Shown piece after piece: positions 1 through 12,182 of a stretch of 64,000 nucleotides of DNA. Origin of the DNA: Bdellovibrionales bacterium (GTDB lineage: Bacteria > Bdellovibrionota > Bdellovibrionia > Bdellovibrionales > UBA1609); contig JABSOQ010000003.1 of assembly GCA_013216195.1 (NCBI GenBank), positions 38,419 to 102,418 of the forward strand. The letters are read 5' to 3'. The translations under genes were made by a program, and so were the position numbers. Under the pieces are notes generated by a model that was not told the DNA's origin, did no database searches, and saw nothing but the letters and a program-made list of their open reading frames with translations. Position 1 is the stretch's first letter, and the number at the start of each line of letters is the position of its first letter.

Positions 1-133
1 CAAAAGTTCCACCGAAAGCTGCAATTCCTAGAGTCAAAGCCATCGCAACGACACTCCAATCGCCGCCCATGCCTTCTGCTGCAAATGCCGGAACTGCCAT
101 AAATGCCAAGAGCATCAGTGCTGTATTTTTCAT
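1..133 (-). CDS. atpE: ATP synthase F0 subunit c (partial; 3' end runs off the window)
   Basis: Not in the ORF track because it is truncated. Translating the minus strand from the ATG at 133 gives MKNTALMLLAFMAVPAFAAEGMGGDWSVVAMALTLGIAAFGGTF. A GGGAG Shine-Dalgarno lies 8 nt upstream. The gene sits directly downstream of atpB. An in-frame ATG at 148 is possible but has no SD. Confidence 0.65.
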   Translation of the reverse strand, partial: MKNTALMLLAFMAVPAFAAEGMGGDWSVVAMALTLGIAAFGGTF

Positions 134-154
134 TCGTAATTCTCCCATAGTTGT

Positions 155-862
155 TTAGTGATCATGTGAAATGGCCATAGATACGTAAATCATGGTCAAT
201 AATGTAAAAACAAATGCCTGAACCGTACAGACAAACATCCCTAACAAATAGAATGGAAACGAAAATGGAATCCACCCCAACAGGTCAATGAACACAGACA
301 AAACTGCGTGGTCACCTGTCATGTTACCAAAAAGTCTCAATGCCAAACTTAAAGGTCTCACCGCATGTGAGATCAACTCGATACACAACATTAATGGACC
401 AATCACCAAGAGAAGTACTCCGGAAAAGGGGCCCACAAATTGTTTCAAATAAGAAATGCCGTGCTCTCTGAAACCATAGAAGTTGTAAAGCAAAAACGAA
501 AACAGACCGACTGCCAAAGTTGTATTGAGATTATCTGTTGCTGGAGTCATACCAGGTATCAGGCCGAGCAAATTGTTGATCCAGATATAGAAAAACACGG
601 AAGCGAAGATCGGCGTAAACTTTCTACCTTCTTCACCGACGACCATGTCAGACAGACCGACTATGCCCTCTAAAAATGCTTCGAAAAAACCTTTAATTGA
701 GAACTTGTCGGCAGGAATAATTGCGCTTTCGCCTTTGCCCAATGCGAGCTTTGCGGCAAAAGCTGTCATGATCATGATGCTGCCTGCGACTGCCGCAGAA
801 GCCACCGGGATCATGTCATGCCCTACTCCAGGAACCATTTGTGTCCAATTAAAATGAACCAT
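155..862 (-). CDS. atpB: ATP synthase F0 subunit a
   Basis: 235-aa polytopic membrane protein. It carries the subunit-a signature LALRLFGNMTGDH, including the essential Arg. Position is between atpI-like and atpE. Confidence 0.9.
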   Translation of the reverse strand: MVHFNWTQMVPGVGHDMIPVASAAVAGSIMIMTAFAAKLALGKGESAIIPADKFSIKGFFEAFLEGIVGLSDMVVGEEGRKFTPIFASVFFYIWINNLLGLIPGMTPATDNLNTTLAVGLFSFLLYNFYGFREHGISYLKQFVGPFSGVLLLVIGPLMLCIELISHAVRPLSLALRLFGNMTGDHAVLSVFIDLLGWIPFSFPFYLLGMFVCTVQAFVFTLLTMIYVSMAISHDH

Positions 863-1234
863 TTAAACAATCCTTACATCTCTTTGACGGTGACCTAATT
901 CAATCACGCCAACAAAATACAATCCTGGAATCAGACTTAGAAAACCGGCGAAAAAACCCATGGGATCCAGTGCTATACTGGAAAGGGCGAGCCATAGAAT
1001 AATCCCAAAAATTGCGTACTTGAATACAATGACACCCAAGGCAATGGCAACCGATTTTTTCTCTAATACTGCCTTTGAAAGGGTGATTGAAAAGTACTGA
1101 ACAAGAGTTGCGAGAGTACCACCGAGCAAACAAGATAGTGCGGCGCGTTCTTTGCCGGTTGCCATGAAAATCAACGCTATGGCCGCAGTCGCGACAGCAA
1201 CAAAGGCATACTGCTTAAGCATTTTTGAAATCAT
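863..1234 (-). CDS. atpI: AtpI-like small membrane protein (ATP synthase protein I family)
   Basis: 123-aa protein with 3-4 hydrophobic helices. Its stop abuts the atpB start. Size and position are typical of atpI. The call is by context and topology only. Confidence 0.5.
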   Translation of the reverse strand: MISKMLKQYAFVAVATAAIALIFMATGKERAALSCLLGGTLATLVQYFSITLSKAVLEKKSVAIALGVIVFKYAIFGIILWLALSSIALDPMGFFAGFLSLIPGLYFVGVIELGHRQRDVRIV

Positions 1235-1237
1235 GGT

Positions 1238-1462
1238 CTACATTACCTTCTTGGCCATATGAATGACGTGATACAGCCACACTATAAAGCTCAAGATAAT
1301 CAAAATGACAATAGCTAATCCATCAGTCTCAAGAGCCTCATCAATACCTTTTCCAATGAAGACTGAGCCCAGCATAAGGCCTATAATTTCGAAGCCCAAA
1401 CCAGAAAAAACTGTAAGCTGTCGTTTTTTCTTATATTTTTTGTCTTCTTCTGGCGTACTCAT
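1238..1462 (-). CDS. AtpZ/AtpR-like small membrane protein (putative F0F1-ATPase accessory subunit)
   Basis: 74 aa with a basic N-terminus followed by two TM helices (FSGLGFEIIGLMLGSVFIGKGID), resembling the ATPase_gene1/AtpZ family. The ATGA overlap with the upstream TPR gene suggests translational coupling. Confidence 0.5.
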   Translation of the reverse strand: MSTPEEDKKYKKKRQLTVFSGLGFEIIGLMLGSVFIGKGIDEALETDGLAIVILIILSFIVWLYHVIHMAKKVM

Positions 1463-2274
1463 CTTCTCAACCCCGAGGCTCCTGGCTGGTTTTTAGCTCT
1501 TTCTTCTAGGCGTCTGATTTTCAGTTGAATAAATTCTTCACTCTCAGATTCAGCCTCAATGTCTTGTAACACTCTGATTGCTTTACCGAATTCTTTCTTT
1601 TCTTCGTAAGCTATGGCCAGACTGATCGGCACGTTCTCGTCTGTAGACTTTGTTGGGTAGTTCGTTAAAAGGTCCACGTACAAATTGATAGCCTCATCTA
1701 CTTTTTTGGTTGTTAGCAGAATGTTGGCTTTGAACAAGCTCAACTCAAACACTTGGTCCGGAGAGTCTTTGTACTTTTTCAGTAAGCTCTCTATTTCGAT
1801 GGCACTCTGATAAAAATCATTAAGCTGAAAATGTGATTTTGCCACTCGGCTCTTGTGCTTGTAATGATCGCTATCATCGTGAGGCAGTCTCAGCAACTTG
1901 TTGTACTCGAGTATCGAATTTGAGTAGTCGTTGAGTTTTTCAAAGTAAATGTCAGCAATGCTCTTTTGCGATTGGTACCTTAACTTCGAATCTTTGGAGT
2001 ACATGATGATATGTCGATAGTATTCGATGGCCTTTGTAAAGTTCTTAAGCTCTAAAAATGCCACGTTTGCAGCAATCTGAGCTGCCTTAAGAGCTTGGCT
2101 GGTTTCAGGTTCACGTTTGATCACCCTATCAAGATGACCCAAGGCTCCTTTGAAGTCGCCCTGGTCGATCTTGGTTTGTGCCCTAGACATTTCAATCTGT
2201 TTATAGCCAAGAAAACAGCCTGATAAACAGAAAAACAGAGTGCAGGTGAGAGGAACCAGAACTGCCCGTCTCAC
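1459..2274 (-). CDS. TPR-repeat lipoprotein
   Basis: The signal peptide ends in the lipobox LSGC. Repeated TPR-like A/Y/L patterns are present (ALGHLDRVIK, AIEYYRHII, AINLYVDLL, AIRVLQDI). Confidence 0.7.
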   Translation of the reverse strand: MRRAVLVPLTCTLFFCLSGCFLGYKQIEMSRAQTKIDQGDFKGALGHLDRVIKREPETSQALKAAQIAANVAFLELKNFTKAIEYYRHIIMYSKDSKLRYQSQKSIADIYFEKLNDYSNSILEYNKLLRLPHDDSDHYKHKSRVAKSHFQLNDFYQSAIEIESLLKKYKDSPDQVFELSLFKANILLTTKKVDEAINLYVDLLTNYPTKSTDENVPISLAIAYEEKKEFGKAIRVLQDIEAESESEEFIQLKIRRLEERAKNQPGASGLRR

Positions 2275-2277
2275 GTG

Positions 2278-4734
2278 CTAAGACTCTTGCTCCTCTTCAT
2301 CACCTTCATCAATCAAAGCCAAATCAGTAACAAACTCACCAGATTTAAGATTGATCAGGCGCACACCCTGAGTGTTTCTACTCATTTTAGAAATGTCGCT
2401 GACTTTCATACGAATAGATTGCCCCTGGTTGGTCATGATTAGAACTTCGTCTTTATCATCAACCAATCTTGCGGCTACCAAACCACCGACTTTGTCTGTG
2501 ACCTTTTGAGTGATGATGCCAACACCGCCGCGACTTTGTCTTCGGTATTCGTCAAGGCTTGTGCGCTTACCATAACCACTCTCTGTTACGATAAGGATGC
2601 ACTCGTCAGTTTCTTTTTCGACAACCTCCATGGCGATCACGCGATCTTCTTTGCCCAGAGTGATGCCTTTTACCCCACGAGCGGTTCGACCCATGGCCCG
2701 CACATCTGCTTCATCAAAACGAATCGACATACCCATCTTGGTAGCGATAAAGATGTCGTTCTTACCTGTGCTCACTCGACACTCTTGAAGATTGTCTTCA
2801 AGATCAATGGTAAGAGCAATCAGACCAGAAGGCCTCGGTCTCGAGAATGCATCAAGTTTGGTTTTCTTAATGATTCCACTCTCTGTCAGCATCACGGTAA
2901 AGCCGTCTTCGGTAAACTCAGATACCGGCACGATAGACCTTGTTTTTTCGCCACTAGATAGCTGAACCACGTTCTGAATGGCCTTACCCTTGCTCGTTCG
3001 AGAGCCCTGGGGTAGCTGATAAACTTTTGTCCAATAGACTTTGCCTCGGTCAGTAAAGGTCAACAGTGTGTCGTGAGTAGAAGCTGAAAACACTCGCCAA
3101 ATGTAATCTTCGTCTTTGGCTCCTGCGCCTTTAACCCCTTTTCCGCCTCGCTTTTGAACTTTGTACTGATCGAGACCTATTCTCTTAATGAAGCCCGATT
3201 TAGTGATCGAAACCACTACATCTTCATGAGCTATCAAATCTTCATCGTGGAATTCTTCAGAGCTAGCTTCAATCTTTGTTCTTCGTGGGTCAGCATACTT
3301 TTCTTTTATCTCTGTTAGCTCGCCAACAATGATTTTGTATATCTCTGCTACGTCTGCAAGAACCTTTTTGAGCCAATCGATTCGCTCTTGAACTTGCTTT
3401 AATTCATCTTCGATTTTTTGTCTTTCCAGACCAGTAAGTCTTTGTAGACGCATTTCTAAAATCGCTTGAGCTTGTTTATCAGAGAATTCGAATGTCTCCA
3501 TCAAGTTCGCTTTGGCTATGGCCGTTTCTTTTGATGCTCGAATCGTCGCAATGACCTGATCGATCACATCAAGTGCTTTTTTCAGACCTAACAAAATGTG
3601 AGCTCTAGCTTCAGCCTTCTTCAAATCAAAGATACATCGACGTGTGACAACGTCTTTTCTGTGCGCAACGAATGACTCTAGCATGCCTTTTATTTCAAAA
3701 GTTCTTGGCTGCATGGTTGAATCAAGTGCCAGCATAATAATACCGTAGCTGACTTGAAGCTGAGTGTACTTGAATAGTCTATTCAGAATGACTTGCGCAT
3801 TTTCATTTTTCTTCAAGTTAATGACAATTCTCATGCCCTCACGTGAAGACTCGTCGCGGATATCACTGATACCCTCAACCTTTTTGTCTTTAACAAGGTT
3901 TGCAATACTCTCGATCAACCTAGCCTTATTCACTTGATAAGGTATTTCAGTGACAATGATGTCTTCACGATCTTTACGCGGTACAATTTCAGTTACCGCT
4001 TTAATCGTAATAACACCTTTACCCTGTTTGTAAGCCTTTTGAACACCTACTGTGCCTGCGATGATTCCGGCAGTAGGAAAATCAGGGCCTGGGATGATTT
4101 TTATGATTTCATCGTGTGTAATTTCAGGGTTGTCGATCAATGCGATACAGCCATCAATCACTTCACCTAAGTTATGCGGTGGTATGTTAGTCGCCATACC
4201 TACAGCAATACCTGATGAGCCATTAACAAGAAGATTCGGAAACTTAGCTGGTAGTACTGATGGTATCAGTAGTGAATCATCATAGTTCCAGTGAAAGCTC
4301 ACCGTGTCTTTTTCGATATCTTCGAGCAGCTGCTCGGCAAGTTTGGTCATTCGAACTTCTGTATACCTTGCTGCCGCTGGTGAATCGCCATCAATCGAGC
4401 CGAAGTTACCCTGACCATCTACCAAAGGGTTTCGAAGAGAGAAGTCTTGAGCCATCCGAACCATAGTGTCGTAAACAGCTGTATCGCCGTGTGGGTGATA
4501 CTTACCAATCACATCACCGACTACACGAGCTGACTTTTTGTAAGGCTTGTCGTGTGTGTTGTTAAGGTCATGCATTGCATAGAGAATTCTTCTATGCACA
4601 GGTTTTAGACCGTCACGCACATCTGGTAATGCACGACCAACAATGACGCTCATCGAATACTGGAGATAAGCTTCCCTCATCTCATGATTGATATCGACGT
4701 CTGATACACCCTTATTCGGATCTACTGGTTCCAT
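2278..4734 (-). CDS. gyrA: DNA gyrase subunit A
   Basis: 818 aa. Conserved N-terminus [21 protein letters not shown]. Catalytic-Tyr region [11 protein letters not shown]-terminal beta-pinwheel repeats are present. Confidence 0.97.
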   Translation of the reverse strand: MEPVDPNKGVSDVDINHEMREAYLQYSMSVIVGRALPDVRDGLKPVHRRILYAMHDLNNTHDKPYKKSARVVGDVIGKYHPHGDTAVYDTMVRMAQDFSLRNPLVDGQGNFGSIDGDSPAAARYTEVRMTKLAEQLLEDIEKDTVSFHWNYDDSLLIPSVLPAKFPNLLVNGSSGIAVGMATNIPPHNLGEVIDGCIALIDNPEITHDEIIKIIPGPDFPTAGIIAGTVGVQKAYKQGKGVITIKAVTEIVPRKDREDIIVTEIPYQVNKARLIESIANLVKDKKVEGISDIRDESSREGMRIVINLKKNENAQVILNRLFKYTQLQVSYGIIMLALDSTMQPRTFEIKGMLESFVAHRKDVVTRRCIFDLKKAEARAHILLGLKKALDVIDQVIATIRASKETAIAKANLMETFEFSDKQAQAILEMRLQRLTGLERQKIEDELKQVQERIDWLKKVLADVAEIYKIIVGELTEIKEKYADPRRTKIEASSEEFHDEDLIAHEDVVVSITKSGFIKRIGLDQYKVQKRGGKGVKGAGAKDEDYIWRVFSASTHDTLLTFTDRGKVYWTKVYQLPQGSRTSKGKAIQNVVQLSSGEKTRSIVPVSEFTEDGFTVMLTESGIIKKTKLDAFSRPRPSGLIALTIDLEDNLQECRVSTGKNDIFIATKMGMSIRFDEADVRAMGRTARGVKGITLGKEDRVIAMEVVEKETDECILIVTESGYGKRTSLDEYRRQSRGGVGIITQKVTDKVGGLVAARLVDDKDEVLIMTNQGQSIRMKVSDISKMSRNTQGVRLINLKSGEFVTDLALIDEGDEEEQES

Positions 4735-4746
4735 ATTTTAATACCC

Positions 4747-7188
<2,442 letters not shown>

Positions 7189-7200
7189 TCACAACCTCTT

Positions 7201-8349
7201 CTAATTTTTTGTTTCGACGTACCCTTTGTCGACTTGGTAAATCGCCATGTCTCGATCTCCAAAATCAAATGGGAAATCGAAGTCGGTGGTCGTGATGAAA
7301 ATCTGTGAATCGATCTTCGTCAAAAACTTCACCAAGTTGGCTTGCTTACTCTTATCGAGTTCAGACAAAACGTCGTCCAGAAGCAAAATTGGATAACTCT
7401 GGTAAACCCGGTAATGATACATGATTTGAGCCATCTTGAAACTTAAAATTAGTGCTCTTTGCTGCCCCTGCGAACAGTGGTACCTGGAATCTTCTCCGTC
7501 AAAAAGGAAGCTAATGTCGTGCTTATGAGGGCCAATCAACGAATGTCCCGAAATCACCTCTCTAGACTGGAGTTCAGAGAGTCTGTGAGTAAGAGAGTCA
7601 TGTATTCTTTTCAGATCAGAGTCGGATTGAGAGACACCCGACACCTGATAATCCACAGAAATATCCACATTGCTCAAAGAATCCCCTGAAATTTCCTTCA
7701 TGGCTTCGGCTAACATGGGTTCGATAGTGTCGAGTGCTTCGATTCTGGCTTTAGTCAGTTCAGCTGCAGCGTTTAAAAAGCTTGGGTTGAGTGCTTGGAG
7801 TAAGCGATCGCCTTCGCTACGCGATATTTTTTCAGTCTTGATATCTCGAAGAAGTCTGTTTCGCTGTGTCAGAACGCGTTTGAAAAGGGTTAGAGTTTTG
7901 TGGTTTTTGATTGAGAAGGTCACTAACCACTCGTCGATTAACTCTCTTCGTTGCTCAGGCCCATCTTTGATTGCAGACAACGACTCCGGACTAAACAAAA
8001 TGCATGGAGCAGTTTTCGTAAGCTTCGCCCCGTTGGTTTTCTTTTGATTGATAAAAATCTGTTTTTTGTCTTCAGAGAGTGTGACTCGTACAAGATTTTT
8101 TAAAGGCCCATCACAAAGCACGCCTTGTAGTGATGACTGATCGGCTTGAGACTCTGCTGTGGCCAGCAGAAAGTGATGAGCTTTGCCAGGCCGAAAAGAT
8201 TTGCCTTTAGTTAGGAAATAAACTGACTCGAGTAAGTTAGTTTTACCTTGGCCGTTCTGTCCAACGAAAACATTGACGCCTTCATGTAGCTTCAAGTTTT
8301 GCTTCTGATAATTGCGAAAGTTAATCAGCTGGATAGAACTGTAAAACAT
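7201..8349 (-). CDS. recF: DNA replication/repair protein RecF
   Basis: Walker A GQNGQGKTNLLESVY and C-terminal LLLDDVLSELD. The start is placed at the ATG at 8349 (MFYSSIQL), which overlaps the dnaN TGA by 1 nt. The ORF-track start at 8376 lies inside dnaN. Confidence 0.9.
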   Translation of the reverse strand: MFYSSIQLINFRNYQKQNLKLHEGVNVFVGQNGQGKTNLLESVYFLTKGKSFRPGKAHHFLLATAESQADQSSLQGVLCDGPLKNLVRVTLSEDKKQIFINQKKTNGAKLTKTAPCILFSPESLSAIKDGPEQRRELIDEWLVTFSIKNHKTLTLFKRVLTQRNRLLRDIKTEKISRSEGDRLLQALNPSFLNAAAELTKARIEALDTIEPMLAEAMKEISGDSLSNVDISVDYQVSGVSQSDSDLKRIHDSLTHRLSELQSREVISGHSLIGPHKHDISFLFDGEDSRYHCSQGQQRALILSFKMAQIMYHYRVYQSYPILLLDDVLSELDKSKQANLVKFLTKIDSQIFITTTDFDFPFDFGDRDMAIYQVDKGYVETKN

Positions 8350-9476
8350 CAGATTCGCATAGGCATAACCACACAAGTGTAACTGCTATCTTTGTGTGGT
8401 CTTACCAGTCCTGGTGACAACTGGTCGTTTAGTTCCAGTTGAATTGCTTCGTCAGTCATACTTCCCAAAACATCAAGAATGTACTTCGCATTGAAGCCAA
8501 TCTTCATATCTTGCCCACTGTAATCAACCTCAATTTCTTCTTTCGCATCTCCTAACTCCGGGTTGTTAGACGAGATTTCGAGTCGGTTGCCCGCTAAGTT
8601 GAGAGTTACGCCTTTAGACTTTGAATTCGAAAGCAGAGAAACTCGTTTTAGAGAAGACAAAAGAGCCTCTCTGTTTACTACCATGTTCTCTTTCATGTTT
8701 TGTGGAATAAGCTGTTGATAATTCGGATACTTTCCTTCGATCAAACGAATCATCAGAATTGTGTTGCTGTTTTTAACGATCAATTGTGAACCTTCAATCG
8801 CCATATCAACAGAGTCTTCCACATTATCTAAAATCTTTTTGATCTCATTGAGGCCTTTTCTAGGAATAATAACACCTTGAGTGTCAGCCATACCCTGCTG
8901 ACTCTGACTGCCATTTGATTTTCTGTCTACTAGGCTCAAACGGTGACCATCAGTAGCAACCATTCTGTACACAACGTTTTCACCTTCAGTAGATTTCGAA
9001 AAGAAAACACCGTTCAAGTGGTAGCGGGTTTCATCGTTTGAAACACTGTAGATTGTTTTTTCAATCATCTCAGTTAGCACACGGCTGTCGAGCTTGGTGA
9101 ACTCTGTTGTATTGAAAGTTGGAAACACAGGGTATTCATCAGGAGAGATGCCAACGATATTAAATACTGATTTCAATTGAGAGATTTTGAGCCAGTTGTT
9201 TTCTTTCTTTTCTAAGGTCACCATCCCATCTGGCAGCTCTTTGATAATTTCAAACAAGCTCTTCGCACTAACAGCGACTTTACCTGATTCTAAAACCTGG
9301 CATTGAGCATCATCAGTAAGACTAACTTCGAGATCTGTAGCAAAAACTCTTAAGGCATTGTCTTGGGTTTCCAACAGAACATTCATCAGCACAGGCATTG
9401 TGTTTCTTTTTTCTACAATGTGTTGCGCTCTTGAAATTATCCCTAATAAATCTTTTTTATCGATTTGGAGTTTCAT
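8349..9476 (-). CDS. dnaN: DNA polymerase III beta sliding clamp
   Basis: 375 aa with a three-domain clamp pattern. The C-terminus ends ...CVVMPMRI. It occupies the canonical position after dnaA. Confidence 0.95.
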   Translation of the reverse strand: MKLQIDKKDLLGIISRAQHIVEKRNTMPVLMNVLLETQDNALRVFATDLEVSLTDDAQCQVLESGKVAVSAKSLFEIIKELPDGMVTLEKKENNWLKISQLKSVFNIVGISPDEYPVFPTFNTTEFTKLDSRVLTEMIEKTIYSVSNDETRYHLNGVFFSKSTEGENVVYRMVATDGHRLSLVDRKSNGSQSQQGMADTQGVIIPRKGLNEIKKILDNVEDSVDMAIEGSQLIVKNSNTILMIRLIEGKYPNYQQLIPQNMKENMVVNREALLSSLKRVSLLSNSKSKGVTLNLAGNRLEISSNNPELGDAKEEIEVDYSGQDMKIGFNAKYILDVLGSMTDEAIQLELNDQLSPGLVRPHKDSSYTCVVMPMRI

Positions 9477-9591
9477 TCTCTCTCCCGTTAATCATTAATT
9501 ACTAACTAGATCTCGTGTGCAATCTAGTCTGACTCTTTTACCTTTTAAATCTCTCTTATCTCTATCTCTTTTATTTATATTTAAAAACAAG

Positions 9592-9603
9592 TAGTAGTAG
9601 TAG
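9592..9603. repeat. (TAG)4 trinucleotide array, DnaA-trio-like
   Basis: The sequence gTAGTAGTAGTAGgggac lies immediately beside the AT-rich run ttatttatatttaaaaacaa and is followed by a short G-rich cluster. Confidence 0.5.
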
Positions 9604-9669
9604 GGGACTGCAAAACCTCATTTGTTATTCAAATACTTGAAATAACTTGAGTTTTTACTTTGAAAAGCC

Positions 9670-9746
9670 TGTGGATAACCTCCCCGCTAAAATCCCAAAT
9701 TTGTGGATAAAAATGCATACACAGATTGTTAGCATTGTTTTCCACA
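9670..9746. promoter_or_regulatory. DnaA-box cluster (3 boxes)
   Basis: TGTGGATAA occurs twice (reverse complement of the consensus TTATCCACA). TTTTCCACA occurs once in the opposite orientation. Confidence 0.8.
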
Positions 9747-9766
9747 GATTTTTCAACAACCCCAAT

Positions 9767-11188
9767 TCACACCCCTGTGATATTGTGGATACGCCCCTCT
9801 AACTCATCGATATACTTCTTAATTTCAGAATCTTTCGACAGTGCATTATCTATCTTTTGCAGCGCATTCATGACTGTCGTGTGATCTTTTTTGCCAAATG
9901 CTCTCGCGATATCAACTAGTGATTTATCGAGATGTTTCTTCATCAACCACATCGCAATTTGCCTAGCAGTCACGATTGGCTTGGTGCGAGATTTCGAACA
10001 CAAGTCGCGAATACTGATTCTAAAATGGTCTGCAGTCAGCTTTTGAATCTCTTCAATGGTGATAACGGCAGTGTCATCATGAGTTGAGAGAACTTTTTTT
10101 GCTAGATCCATGGAAATAGCCAAACCCTGCAGCTCAGAGAACATCTTCACTTTATTTAGGTTACCTTCGAGCTCACGAATTGAGCGCTTTGATATCTTGG
10201 CTACATAATTGCTTACTTCATTTGGCAAGCGTATGCCCTTTTTCTCGGCTTTGTACCTCAGAATAGCCACTCGAGTTTCAAGATCAGGCATTTGGATATC
10301 AGCAATCAAACCCCACTCTAAGCGAGTTCGAATTCGATCCTCTAAACCCTTGATATCTTTAGGCATTCTGTCGGAGGCAACAATCACTTGCTGACCTTTA
10401 CCGAAGAAATCGTTGAGAGTATGAAAGAACTCTTCTTGAACAGCTTCCCCTCTACCTAGCACTTGGATGTCATCCATTAATAAGATGTCGCATCTTTCTC
10501 GATATCTCATTCGAAACTTGTCCATTTCGGCTCGTCTAATGCTTGAGATACATTCATTCAAAAACCGCTCAGCAGACACGTACATGATCTTAAGGTCTGG
10601 AAATTTCATATGAATATGGTTTCCGACGGCATTAAGAAGGTGAGTCTTACCCATACCAGTAGGACCACATATAAATAGTGGATTGTAGTTATCTGCACCC
10701 GGATTACAGGCGATATTGTAAGAGGCCGCATGGGCAAATTCGTTGTTTCGACCCACAACGAATGTGCTAAAAGTGTGGTCGATATTCAAAGATTCTTTGT
10801 TATTTCCACTAGTTACGTTGCCACCCATAACAGATGAGTGGGTAGGAGTTGGCACTTGTACAGGCTCAGCCGCCTGCTGGTGCTCAGGAAGGTAAGGTGT
10901 TGTATTTTCTAAGGAATTCGTATTTTGACCGGTCACAACAAATTCGACTTCAAATGGCTGCGAGTACAAAGCCGAAATCTCTGCACAAATGCCATCAAAT
11001 AAGTTCTGTGATATCCAGTACTTATGAAGTTCTGTCGGTACCCCAAGCTGAAAACATCGACGATCTGTTCGGTCTTCAACATTGACCAAACTAGTGGGCT
11101 CAAACCACATTTGAAGCGGATGATTGTTCACGTTTTTTTGCTTTAGGCTCGATTTAATTTGATCCCAGAAATTGTGCTGCTCTACCAC
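9767..11188 (-). CDS. dnaA: Chromosomal replication initiator protein DnaA
   Basis: 473 aa. AAA+ Walker A GPTGMGKTHLL and Walker B LLMDDIQ. C-terminal DNA-binding domain ARQIAMWLMKKH...KDHTTVMNA. Confidence 0.97.
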   Translation of the reverse strand: MVEQHNFWDQIKSSLKQKNVNNHPLQMWFEPTSLVNVEDRTDRRCFQLGVPTELHKYWISQNLFDGICAEISALYSQPFEVEFVVTGQNTNSLENTTPYLPEHQQAAEPVQVPTPTHSSVMGGNVTSGNNKESLNIDHTFSTFVVGRNNEFAHAASYNIACNPGADNYNPLFICGPTGMGKTHLLNAVGNHIHMKFPDLKIMYVSAERFLNECISSIRRAEMDKFRMRYRERCDILLMDDIQVLGRGEAVQEEFFHTLNDFFGKGQQVIVASDRMPKDIKGLEDRIRTRLEWGLIADIQMPDLETRVAILRYKAEKKGIRLPNEVSNYVAKISKRSIRELEGNLNKVKMFSELQGLAISMDLAKKVLSTHDDTAVITIEEIQKLTADHFRISIRDLCSKSRTKPIVTARQIAMWLMKKHLDKSLVDIARAFGKKDHTTVMNALQKIDNALSKDSEIKKYIDELEGRIHNITGV

Positions 11189-11266
11189 TCGTTATCCCCC
11201 ATTCAAGCTCTGGAAAGGCTCTAGTTCTGAACTAGGCCTGAGAAGTAGGCAACTCGATAGCATGGA

Positions 11267-11275
11267 TGTGGAAAA
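11267..11275. promoter_or_regulatory. DnaA box (8/9) in the dnaA/rpmH divergent promoter region
   Basis: TGTGGAAAA is the reverse complement of TTTTCCACA. It lies about 80 bp upstream of the dnaA start. Confidence 0.45.
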
Positions 11276-11412
11276 CTTTCAATATCTTGACGAGAGATGA
11301 TGATTTATGGTTCTTTACAGCCTTTCGTGTCAACAACCAGATCGACGTAAATCGCTGTCGTAGTTGCAAATAAAGCAAAATAGGCATCTGGAAAAACTCA
11401 GTGGAGTAAGAA

Positions 11413-11562
11413 ATGAAAAGAACTTTTCAACCAAGCCGTAGAAAAAGAAAAACATCACATGGTTTCCGTCTTCGTATGTCTACAAAAAGTGGGCAAGAGG
11501 TGCTTTCTCGTCGCCGAGCAAAAGGCCGCAAGCGCCTGGCGGTAACTGTGAGTGGGAAGTAA
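11413..11562 (+). CDS. rpmH: 50S ribosomal protein L34
   Basis: Below the ORF-track size cutoff, so translated by hand: [49 protein letters not shown]. This is the canonical L34 sequence. Confidence 0.95.
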   Translation: MKRTFQPSRRKRKTSHGFRLRMSTKSGQEVLSRRRAKGRKRLAVTVSGK

Positions 11563-11932
11563 TCAGAAACCACTTTCTCTGCCTAAGCTCACTAAAAAAC
11601 TAGAGTTTCAAAACCTAAGTAAAAATGGAACTCGAGCATATGGTGGGCAAATTATTTTAGCGAACTTCAAACAAAATGGTTTCGGTCACTTGAGATGTGG
11701 CTGGACGATACCTAAGTACGTTGGCAACGCCGTTGTTAGAAATCGCATTCGCAGATGGTGCAGAGAATTTTTTAGGTCTCACCTAAATTCTGGATGGAAC
11801 CCACCGATCGATATGAACGTTATAATTAGAAAACGTGAAAAAGACTTTTATAAGAAGCTTGAATTCTCTGAGTTCAATAGAGGACTTGAGTCTCTTGTTA
11901 AGAAAGTTGAGAAGAGGCTAGATGATGAATAA
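11552..11932 (+). CDS. rnpA: Ribonuclease P protein component
   Basis: 126 aa. The RNR motif region is present ([15 protein letters not shown]). Position after rpmH is canonical. The start is a GTG overlapping the rpmH end, and its exact position is uncertain. Confidence 0.85.
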   Translation: MGSNQKPLSLPKLTKKLEFQNLSKNGTRAYGGQIILANFKQNGFGHLRCGWTIPKYVGNAVVRNRIRRWCREFFRSHLNSGWNPPIDMNVIIRKREKDFYKKLEFSEFNRGLESLVKKVEKRLDDE

Positions 11933-12182
11933 AGTTATCATCGCTCTCACCTATATCTATAAATATACGTTTTCTGTTTTCTTGGGCGGTAATTGCAGAT
12001 TCTATCCGAGTTGTTCAAATTACTGTATCGAGGCCTACAATACCCATGGTTTCATAAAAGCAACCTTGCTGACACTTAATCGTTTAAAGAAATGCCACCC
12101 CCTCGGTGAAGGTGGGTATGACCCTGTACCCTCATCTGGTAAAACCTCTCGCTCTTGTTGCAAACAAAAGGCGGTTTCATGA
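11922..12182 (+). CDS. yidD: Membrane protein insertion efficiency factor YidD
   Basis: Conserved CRFYPSCSNYCIEA...HGFIKATLLTLNRLKKCHPLGEGGYDPVP. Confidence 0.92.
   Translation: MMNKVIIALTYIYKYTFSVFLGGNCRFYPSCSNYCIEAYNTHGFIKATLLTLNRLKKCHPLGEGGYDPVPSSGKTSRSCCKQKAVS

Larger units (their letters stand above)
9477..9766. other. Putative chromosomal replication origin (oriC) in the dnaA-dnaN spacer
   Basis: 290-bp non-coding spacer. It contains two perfect DnaA boxes, TGTGGATAA at 9670-9678 and 9702-9710. One 8/9 box, TTTTCCACA, lies at 9738-9746, and one 8/9 box, TGTGGATAC, lies at 9784-9792 just inside the dnaA 3' end. There is an AT-rich stretch at 9569-9590 and a (TAG)4 array at 9592-9603. 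Confidence 0.8.

Noticed and set aside
2506-2961. A 151-aa plus-strand ORF. Similar long ORFs lie antisense to annotated genes at 5711-6160, 7670-8047, 15059-15406, 29150-29494, 30198-30647, 33291-33626, 43141-43461 and 58600-58926.
   Set aside because: Each lies entirely antisense to a confidently identified conserved gene (gyrA, gyrB, recF, mnmE, the kinase, nagZ-like, mfd, nuoN, M16). None has a recognisable motif, and their composition is low-complexity or Ser/Leu/Arg-rich, as is typical of shadow ORFs.
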